This document shows positions 57,209 through 64,000 of a stretch of DNA of 64,000 nt, one piece after another. The notes below the pieces were generated by a model. It made no database searches. It was not told the DNA's origin and saw only the letters and a list, made by a program, of their open reading frames with translations. This stretch comes from a virus. The DNA lies in IMG/VR virus record IMGVR_UViG_3300035698_025127, positions 32,001 through 96,000 of that record; one strand, 5' to 3'. The position numbers were made by a program, and so were the translations under genes. Positions within the stretch are counted from its first letter, which is position 1; each line of letters begins with the position of its first letter.

Positions 57209-58528
57209 ATGAAAAATACAGCAGTCGAAATTGTTAAAACGCTTCAAGATAGCGGCTTTGTTGCTGTCTTTGTGGGCGGCTGCGTGCGCGATATGATTAT
57301 GGGCAATACTGTAAATGACTATGATATCGCCACTAATGCCCTCCCTGAAGAAGTCAAAGAAATTTTTCCTGATACATTTAATGTTGGAGAAGCCTTTGGT
57401 GTGGTTTGCGTGAAAAAATCGGGCCATGTTTTTGAAGTCGCAACGCTTCGGACTGAAACTGATTATACCGACGGTCGGCACCCCGAAACCGTGAAGTATT
57501 CCAAGTCACTACACGATGACATGAAACGGCGCGATTTCACCATTAATGCAATTGCGTTTGATCCGATTACTGGAGTTTTCTTCGATGCCTTTAATGGCAT
57601 GGAGGATATTAAGCGTGGTATTATTCGATCTGTAAGTGGGCCCGGAAGTAGTGCTGTACAGCGTTTCAAAGAAGATTATCTTCGCATTTTGCGCGGTATC
57701 CGTTTTGCGACACGTTTCAGCTTCAAAATCGAACCCGATACAAAAAGCGCAATGTCTGTATGTATTAAAGGCTTAAAGGAAATTTCCATGGAGCGTATTG
57801 CCATGGAATTCCGAAAAATGTTTTCCCATAAAAATCGTGCTGATGCTTTTTTTATGCTATACGATTGTTTTGTATTTGACAGTCTTTTCCCCGAAATTAT
57901 TCGGCTTGAAGACACAGAACAGAAACCGGAATATCACCCCGAAGGAAACGTTTTTATTCACACGCATATTGCAGTTGCATCGCTGCCCAGGGATGCAAGT
58001 TTTGCCGTTACCATGGCAACTATTCTGCACGATATCGGCAAGCCCGATACAGTTGATGAAAACCTTTCCTGTAAGGGACATGCAGAAGTCGGCGCAGTTT
58101 TGGCAGAAAAAATCTGCCATCGTTTGAAACTTCCCAGTACGGAAATTGACTTTATTGTAAAGGCCGTTGGTTCGCATATGCGGTTTTATTCTGTCAAGGA
58201 AATGTCTTTGGCAAAACTTCGCAAACTCATTGTCGATCCGGACTTTGAAGATATGCTGACTATTCATAAAGCCGACATTGCAGCCTCTACTAAGGATCCA
58301 TCCTTTGCCGATCATATCGAAAAAATCCGAGTTCAATTTGAAAATGAGCCGGTACTTCCGGCGCCCTTGGTACAAGGTCGTGATCTTATTAAGCTGGGAT
58401 ATAAACCATCAAAAAAGTTTGGTCCAGTATTGAAAAGTTTGTTTGACTTGCAATTGGAGCACGGCACGGAACTTAACAAGTTGTTAGAAATTGCACATAA
58501 CAAAATGAAGGAGATTACAATTACATGA
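57209..58528 (+). CDS. cca: Class II CCA-adding tRNA nucleotidyltransferase with HD domain
   Basis: FVGGCVRD, DYDIAT, EVATLR.E..Y.DGRHP, RRDFTINA, RFKEDYLRILRG.RF, HPEG.VF.HT, LHDIGKP. Confidence 0.92.
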   Translation: MKNTAVEIVKTLQDSGFVAVFVGGCVRDMIMGNTVNDYDIATNALPEEVKEIFPDTFNVGEAFGVVCVKKSGHVFEVATLRTETDYTDGRHPETVKYSKSLHDDMKRRDFTINAIAFDPITGVFFDAFNGMEDIKRGIIRSVSGPGSSAVQRFKEDYLRILRGIRFATRFSFKIEPDTKSAMSVCIKGLKEISMERIAMEFRKMFSHKNRADAFFMLYDCFVFDSLFPEIIRLEDTEQKPEYHPEGNVFIHTHIAVASLPRDASFAVTMATILHDIGKPDTVDENLSCKGHAEVGAVLAEKICHRLKLPSTEIDFIVKAVGSHMRFYSVKEMSLAKLRKLIVDPDFEDMLTIHKADIAASTKDPSFADHIEKIRVQFENEPVLPAPLVQGRDLIKLGYKPSKKFGPVLKSLFDLQLEHGTELNKLLEIAHNKMKEITIT

Positions 58529-59100
58529 AAATGCTACACGACAGCGGCTCAAAACTTGCACAAAGTCTTAAAGACTTGAGGCCATGGCTCGATACTTATG
58601 AAGGGCGAGATTCTCTTTATCAGCCAGCAGAAATTGATAATTTGCTGGAAGAAATTCCACTTCTATTTGAACTTTCCCATGGTAAAGAAACTGCCACTTC
58701 GTTTGCTTTGACGCATAACGAAATTGAATTCATTGATGAAAGTTACGACGGGTTTGACGAACTGGAAATTCTGGAGCGCTGCAGCCAATATGATGCAGAA
58801 TTTAAAAGAGCTACCGGGGTTGACATTGACCAGATGACTATTGCTGAATCAATTAATCGCATAGAACAGTTTCTTAATTCTTTGGGCGATACCATCATTA
58901 ACATTAGAGATGAGTTTAATACTGTTTGTATTGGAATTTTGGACTGCCAAAGTGGCGCGCAGCACTTCCATTGTCTTGATGAAGGAGATGTTACAGTATG
59001 TCTTTCAGCACTTCTTATGCTGGACAAACTCGAATTAACACACTTTGAAAATGTTATACTTATTCTCGACGAATATAATACCTTGGCCAATTCAGAATAG
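58525..59100 (+). CDS. Hypothetical protein
   Basis: ATGA overlap, AAGGAG RBS. Confidence 0.7.
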   Translation: MKMLHDSGSKLAQSLKDLRPWLDTYEGRDSLYQPAEIDNLLEEIPLLFELSHGKETATSFALTHNEIEFIDESYDGFDELEILERCSQYDAEFKRATGVDIDQMTIAESINRIEQFLNSLGDTIINIRDEFNTVCIGILDCQSGAQHFHCLDEGDVTVCLSALLMLDKLELTHFENVILILDEYNTLANSE

Positions 59101-59371
59101 TTGCCATGGCAACGGCAATCTGGCAACTATTTCAAATTGGCAGCGCCGCGATGTTGACCCGGAATATGACGAAAACGAAGTTGAATATCACCTTTATCCG
59201 AATGATGAGGGCGATTCCTTGTGGCTTTTGAACAGAGAACAACCCATTGAATCGCTCTTGGAATTCGGTGGAGAGTTCGAATACCGGACTGAATACGACT
59301 GTCCCACCGCTTACGGATACGAAATTAGTGCCGATACCCATGAACTGGTAGAAGTAAACACTAGCTATTAA
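59045..59371 (+). CDS. Hypothetical acidic protein (start uncertain)
   Basis: Open frame filling gap. Confidence 0.45.
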   Translation: MKMLYLFSTNIIPWPIQNSCHGNGNLATISNWQRRDVDPEYDENEVEYHLYPNDEGDSLWLLNREQPIESLLEFGGEFEYRTEYDCPTAYGYEISADTHELVEVNTSY

Positions 59372-59400
59372 AAACTGCAATAAATAAAAAAGATTTTTTT

Positions 59401-59453
59401 CCTCCGAATATATGTACGTTATACAATGTAACAACATATACCGGAGGTTTTTT
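59401..59453 (+). promoter_or_regulatory. RBS-occluding hairpin/terminator containing candidate late-promoter motif
   Basis: CCTCCG(59401-06) pairs with CGGAGG(59442-47, the RBS); inner TATATGT/ACATATA and GTTAT/GTAAC stems; CGAATATA at 59405; T6 follows. Confidence 0.6.
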
Positions 59454-59455
59454 AT

Positions 59456-60286
59456 ATGATGAAGGATATTATTAACACACCAAAACAGGATTCCCCTGTG
59501 GAGGTCGTAGAACTTAACAGTAAGCGTGTAGCAGTACCGTTTTTGGTTCCATCTAAAGGTAAACTTAGTGGAAACAATTTTGATGGGAATATTCGCTTAC
59601 TCCCTATGACAGCGTCACATTTATTGATGCTATTAACGCCAGCCCTATATAACAATGACCTTGTTTTTGTAAACATCCTGAAAGATTGTGTACTTGACTT
59701 GCCTTTTGACGTCATTGAACTTTTGACCCAAGACAAAGACGCCATTATTATGGCAATTAGGGCAATTTCCTATGGTAATGACCACAAAATTACAGTTGAA
59801 TGTGATAGCTGTGGCCATGAATATATTACCAACGTCAACCTTGAACGTGATATTAAAGTGGATTATCTGGAAAGTGATAAGTTGAAAATGCCTATCGAAA
59901 TTCCCAAAACTCTGTTAAACGAATCGAAAAGCGTCAACCTAAGATACAAGACATGGAGGGATAATATTGCAGTATCGAAAACAAGTGAGGCGCAAACTAG
60001 CGATTCACTAGATTCCAGCATTTTAGACTTTTTAGAGCTTGTAATTACTGAAGTTGAAGGTATTGGCAAAAATAGTCTTGACATCAGAGAATGGCTAAAT
60101 GGCATTAGCGCCCACGATATCGGTGTGTTACTCAGTGTTGCCAATTCTGAGAAGTTTGGTATTAATGCCGAATTTACCCCGGAACCGTGTCCAAAATGTG
60201 GTCATGTATTTAAGACAATTTTTAGAACAGACCCGTCATTTTTTCGGGCAACCGCACCTGAAGCCTTCCTTGAGGGCCTATACTAA
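59456..60286 (+). CDS. Baseplate hub assembly protein, T4 gp26-like
   Basis: PSKG, MTA, L...DKDAI..AIRAISYG......V.C..CG, CPKCG.......D.SFF. Confidence 0.8.
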   Translation: MMKDIINTPKQDSPVEVVELNSKRVAVPFLVPSKGKLSGNNFDGNIRLLPMTASHLLMLLTPALYNNDLVFVNILKDCVLDLPFDVIELLTQDKDAIIMAIRAISYGNDHKITVECDSCGHEYITNVNLERDIKVDYLESDKLKMPIEIPKTLLNESKSVNLRYKTWRDNIAVSKTSEAQTSDSLDSSILDFLELVITEVEGIGKNSLDIREWLNGISAHDIGVLLSVANSEKFGINAEFTPEPCPKCGHVFKTIFRTDPSFFRATAPEAFLEGLY

Positions 60287-60497
60287 TCTTCAAGATTATT
60301 ATGACGCCACTTTTCAGTGGATGCGGAAACTAGAAAGTCAAGAAAAGGACCTGTATAAACAAATTCATATTTTGACGCGACACTGCCGATATGAATCGGA
60401 TTTTTTATACAAGATACCGTTAAAACACTTCAATTACATTATGGATTTCTGGAATGAAGAACAAGAAGCAAAAAAACGCGAACAAGAAACTAAATAG
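60269..60497 (+). CDS. Small baseplate-hub chaperone, gp51-like (start uncertain; overlaps gp26 in +1 frame)
   Basis: LYKQIHIL..HC.Y....LY.IP......I......E..E pattern typical of the ORF following gp26. Confidence 0.55.
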
Positions 60498-60735
60498 CGT
60501 CGATACCGATGGAAATATTTATCGTTTGTATCATGATATTAATATGATACACGAAACGCTCGATAAAAATGACGTCTTCGAAGAAGCCATGGTACTCCAC
60601 CAAAAAGATGAACTCTCGAGAACAGTAATCTATGAAATTTCTAAAGATTCTTATAGAATTATCTGGAAAAACGGGGTTCCAAAACCAAAAACGTCATGGA
60701 CACCAAAATCTTTTGGCAAGAGGAGAACAAAGTGA
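60454..60735 (+). CDS. Hypothetical protein
   Basis: 93-aa ORF. Confidence 0.55.
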   Translation: MKNKKQKNANKKLNSVDTDGNIYRLYHDINMIHETLDKNDVFEEAMVLHQKDELSRTVIYEISKDSYRIIWKNGVPKPKTSWTPKSFGKRRTK

Positions 60736-60962
60736 AATCAAACTTTGGAGGTGACATTATTGACGTCGCAAATTGTTTTGCCGAATATTGGCATTTTAAC
60801 AAGAAGAAGTCTATTATTATAAGATTTTACGAGGATGATGCTTTTATTGACGTCAGAAACTATAATGTTAGTCCGAGTTTGTCCCCCGTTCAAGTTAAAT
60901 TGTTTGTTGAAAACAGGCTAAATGAAGTATTGCCATCACTATGTGCTAGCGATAGTCGATAA
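60732..60962 (+). CDS. Hypothetical protein (GTG start)
   Basis: GAGGAG RBS, GTGA overlap. Confidence 0.65.
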   Translation: MKSNFGGDIIDVANCFAEYWHFNKKKSIIIRFYEDDAFIDVRNYNVSPSLSPVQVKLFVENRLNEVLPSLCASDSR

Positions 60963-61027
60963 TGGGCCGCAAATAGCCCTAGAATCAACTCTAATCAGTT
61001 TTTTACAACAGATAAGCATAACAAAAA

Positions 61028-61065
61028 GAAAGGCCCTAGCGATTAAGCTAAGGCCTTTTTTCTTT
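61028..61065. terminator. Terminator between convergent units
   Basis: AAAGGCCCTAGC-gattaa-GCTAAGGCCTTT flanked by A and T runs. Confidence 0.75.
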
Positions 61066-61212
61066 TGTCATGATTTCCTCTTAATCTTCGCCAGTTATGG
61101 CATTACGCGTGATTTTCTCCTAGGAATAGCAAAGGTCAGTAGGAAGAAGCTGCCGTTTTTTGGACAACGGGTTTCTATTTGTTTCGGATTTTTAAGTAAT
61201 ACAGTTTCATTT

Positions 61213-61437
61213 TTATTTTCCCTTGCAAAGATGACAGTTGGGGTGAAGTTTGCCATGGCGAATTTCATCAGTAATATCTCTCATATTAAATGGGTCCACA
61301 CAATTCCAATATGGCTCGAAAGTAGTTCCAAAATTGACTGCCAAGCCACACCCTTCACACTTTTCCCGTTTTTTCCCCTGTATGATTTTCAACATTGTCA
61401 CAAGGCCATCAGCGGGGTGTGATTCATGATTTGCCAT
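61213..61437 (-). CDS. Small Zn-ribbon-like hypothetical protein
   Basis: CEGC...CHLC. Confidence 0.55.
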   Translation of the reverse strand: MANHESHPADGLVTMLKIIQGKKREKCEGCGLAVNFGTTFEPYWNCVDPFNMRDITDEIRHGKLHPNCHLCKGK

Positions 61438-61512
61438 TATTCGCTACAGGAAATGCATAAACAACCATAATTATGGCGAATATGCATGTTAATACTTTTT
61501 TAAAAATTGTCA

Positions 61513-61869
61513 TTACTCCTCTACGCTAATCTCAATGTCGTTAACATCGGCTTCGCACCGGTAGCCCTTCGAACCAGCCCAAACAACCGTCGGGTCTTCC
61601 GACGGCATGTAGTTATAGTCTCCGGGCTTAAAATTGCCCTCAATACCAGGGTGGAATGACTTGACAGTAATAGTCGTTGCTCGTTTCGAAATGTAATCGC
61701 CGGAAGACCCACAACTTTTTATATAAACGCCTTCGGGAATCCGCACTTTCATACCCCGCCGAATACCGGGAATTGCAATTCTTCCGTCCTGCCAATAGGC
61801 ACCTTTAAGTGTCGAGTAAACATCGGTATACTTTTTCCAAACTTTCATGATTTCCATAATTAGCTCCAT
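61513..61869 (-). CDS. Hypothetical early protein
   Basis: Follows minus-strand promoter. Confidence 0.7.
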   Translation of the reverse strand: MELIMEIMKVWKKYTDVYSTLKGAYWQDGRIAIPGIRRGMKVRIPEGVYIKSCGSSGDYISKRATTITVKSFHPGIEGNFKPGDYNYMPSEDPTVVWAGSKGYRCEADVNDIEISVEE

Positions 61870-61898
61870 TCATTTGTTTGTTTTTCAATCTTGAATAA

Positions 61899-61926
61899 AC
61901 TATACCATACTTTTAAAGAATGTCAA
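61899..61926 (-). promoter_or_regulatory. Sigma70-type early promoter
   Basis: TTGACA-16 nt-TATAGT with TG. Confidence 0.75.
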
Positions 61927-61974
61927 GGAAAAAAACGTCTTTTTTTGCACTATTCGTGTTTTTTTTCTTGTTTC

Positions 61975-62271
61975 TTATAATTCAGCTTCGAATAAGCTAC
62001 AAAGGGCGTTACGCTGTATACCGGTAAAAGTGTTTTCGCGTGTAATTTTGAACCCCGAAACTAATACTAACCTTACTTTATAGTTATCACTATTACGCGT
62101 GATTTTCGCATAATTATACTTTTTGCTTCCGGTAAATCTGAAACCCAAGGCAATTTCTTTTGTTCCGCAAGTAGATACAATTTTGGCATTAATTTTGCGC
62201 ATTAAGCTATTTCCTAAATCGCTGCTAATGTCATTTGTTGGTTGCAATCTCTGCCTTAAAATATAACTCAT
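61975..62271 (-). CDS. Hypothetical early protein
   Basis: GAGG RBS before MSYIL. Confidence 0.65.
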   Translation of the reverse strand: MSYILRQRLQPTNDISSDLGNSLMRKINAKIVSTCGTKEIALGFRFTGSKKYNYAKITRNSDNYKVRLVLVSGFKITRENTFTGIQRNALCSLFEAEL

Positions 62272-62314
62272 GATTAGCCTCGTTCCAAATAGTTTGTCAA
62301 TCAACCATGAATAA

Positions 62315-62342
62315 ACTATAGCATAGAAAACCAGAATGTCAA
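62315..62342 (-). promoter_or_regulatory. Sigma70-type early promoter (repeat family)
   Basis: TTGACA-16 nt-TATAGT; near-identical to 50588-50615. Confidence 0.75.
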
Positions 62343-62355
62343 GGGGGAATTGCTA

Positions 62356-63798
62356 TTACCATAAAAAATGTTTTATTTCGAATTTCATTAATGGTATTTC
62401 TGTCAAAAATGACAAAATCAAAATACCAAGAAAAATATACATATTCATTTTTGTTTTCTTATTCAGAACAACATTATAAATGGCACACAAAGTCAAAAAA
62501 CTGGTAAACACTGTTAGCGAATTCCATCTACCCATATCCCAAGCCACAAAGTGCAAAAGTTGTGGTGAGAGCGAAGACACAATAGAAAACGGTATTTTCC
62601 AAATCATTTTATTTTGTTTTAACAAAGAAGTTGATAACCACATCATATAAAAAATGAGTGGCAATATCCCTGCCAGTTGAGGCAACAAATTATTTTTGTA
62701 CTCTTGCCACATAATAATGTGCTTTACTCTATTGTCAGACATATCACGAGTGATAACGTCAAATACATAATAGTTTATACGATAATCTGTTTTTTGTATT
62801 ATATTTGCAATCATTAAATATTTGTCATGTTCTAATACTGTAACTCCAGAAACCCACAATGTTAGCCCCAATACTGCTATTGCTATTAAAACAATAGCCA
62901 GCATTCTTTTGTATGACATATCATATACTAGCAGAGACATAAAAGCAACGGGGGCAAAAATAACAATCATCCCTTCATGAACGAAAACCAAAGCAACAAA
63001 TAATATTAACGTCAATACAAGTTTAATCATGAAATTTCTGTTGAGTAATATTATCAAAACACATAATAGACCAATGTGATCAAAATAACCAATTGTACTA
63101 GCAAAAAACATTACTGTTGAGCTTGCAAAAACCACAAAAGATATTAGTGCCATATTTCGACATTGTTTAAAATACGATTTTATAAACATAAATAGTAACA
63201 AAATGCTTAACGCCGATATAATGTGAGCAACTACACTAACATTCCAATCGTATCTATCAAAACACAAATTCAAAATATAACCAACCAAACCTCTTTTTGC
63301 AAAACCGACGTCATAATTGATTAACATTTGGGTTGCCGGCCAATCATGAAGGCCATCATAACCGGACCAAAAAGATATACAAAAAAAAGTAATAGTTGCA
63401 ATAAATAGCCACTTCAAATTGGCACTGGAAATAATGGCAAATACACGCACTCTGTTTGAAATAAGCATATATCCTGATAACACAGATAAAAATATTGATA
63501 TTACTATCATGTTTTTGACAAGTTCCATATCACCGCTATACAAAACTATTTTCATGCATAATATAGTATACGCAACTATACAAACAGTGATATATTTATT
63601 GTTGTAGTATTTGTCATATTTTAACAAATACAAGATTGATGATGCAAACATAAAAAAATAAATGGGCTGAACATTACAACAATCGCCCATTATAATTGAT
63701 AGCAGCCACGATATGGCATTATTCAAAAGGAATAAAGCTGCCGAAACTAGCAATATTTTCACTACTGCGATTTCTATTCCATTGTATTTGCAACTCAT
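62356..63798 (-). CDS. Polytopic membrane protein, possible GT-C-type glycosyltransferase
   Basis: Many TM helices; loop motif LINY..GF.KRGLVG; HE; D.GRW. Confidence 0.65.
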   Translation of the reverse strand: MSCKYNGIEIAVVKILLVSAALFLLNNAISWLLSIIMGDCCNVQPIYFFMFASSILYLLKYDKYYNNKYITVCIVAYTILCMKIVLYSGDMELVKNMIVISIFLSVLSGYMLISNRVRVFAIISSANLKWLFIATITFFCISFWSGYDGLHDWPATQMLINYDVGFAKRGLVGYILNLCFDRYDWNVSVVAHIISALSILLLFMFIKSYFKQCRNMALISFVVFASSTVMFFASTIGYFDHIGLLCVLIILLNRNFMIKLVLTLILFVALVFVHEGMIVIFAPVAFMSLLVYDMSYKRMLAIVLIAIAVLGLTLWVSGVTVLEHDKYLMIANIIQKTDYRINYYVFDVITRDMSDNRVKHIIMWQEYKNNLLPQLAGILPLIFYMMWLSTSLLKQNKMIWKIPFSIVSSLSPQLLHFVAWDMGRWNSLTVFTSFLTLCAIYNVVLNKKTKMNMYIFLGILILSFLTEIPLMKFEIKHFLW

Positions 63799-63839
63799 AG
63801 TATTTACCTTTTGTTTGTCAATCTCACACTTACAAACAA

Positions 63840-63868
63840 ACTATAATACGTAACGCCACAAATGTCAA
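63840..63868 (-). promoter_or_regulatory. Sigma70-type early promoter
   Basis: TTGACA-17 nt-TATAGT. Confidence 0.7.
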
Positions 63869-64000
63869 GAAAAAAACCAAGTATTAAGATAAAAGATTAG
63901 GGCTTTAAAATTTCGACGGGCCACGGGTTTCATATTATTTTCCAATCACAAAAGTCAAATTAATGCAGTCGATATCTTCTTGACTGTCAAGATTGTACAT

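Noticed and set aside
60922-61422. 166-aa plus-strand ORF
   Set aside because: Crosses a terminator and overlaps a convergent gene; implausible composition.
1-64000. Stop-codon reassignment (TAG/TGA), as in some large phages; TAG stops at 29328 and 47307 are in frame with the next gene
   Set aside because: Long conserved genes (sheath, DnaE halves, helicases) are intact under code 11 and coding density is high; the downstream genes have their own RBS.

Overview
64 kb internal fragment of a large, AT-rich, T4-like myovirus, probably jumbo-class, translated with standard code 11. From the left it holds the 3' part of a gp23-type major capsid gene, neck and tail-completion genes, a very large 1570-aa tail sheath and the tail tube. 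Next come a promoter- and terminator-bounded structured non-coding element (~14198-14480), a tandem ThyX and an M15 endolysin. A replication/recombination block follows (DnaE catalytic part, primase, gp55-like sigma, gp41 helicase, UvsY, gp32 SSB, HU-like protein, UvsX, UvsW, Cas4-like nuclease, two DNA methyltransferases, resolvase), then tape-measure/baseplate genes. The right third is accessory, with many sigma70-type early promoters (DHH phosphoesterase, HD protein, Tmk, GGCT, class II GATase, CCA-adding enzyme, polytopic membrane protein). The most notable signal is the C-family replicative polymerase (DnaE), which is split without an intein through its catalytic palm. The two genes lie ~31 kb apart in reverse order and carry complementary active-site motifs. 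Also notable are a candidate novel ~280-nt multi-hairpin/pseudoknot RNA, a candidate late-promoter motif with an RBS-occluding hairpin, a perfect 104-bp promoter-containing direct repeat, and a 177-codon ORF with no canonical start. No tRNAs, CRISPR arrays, inteins or IS elements were recognised. All protein calls come from motif recognition by eye, not database searches.
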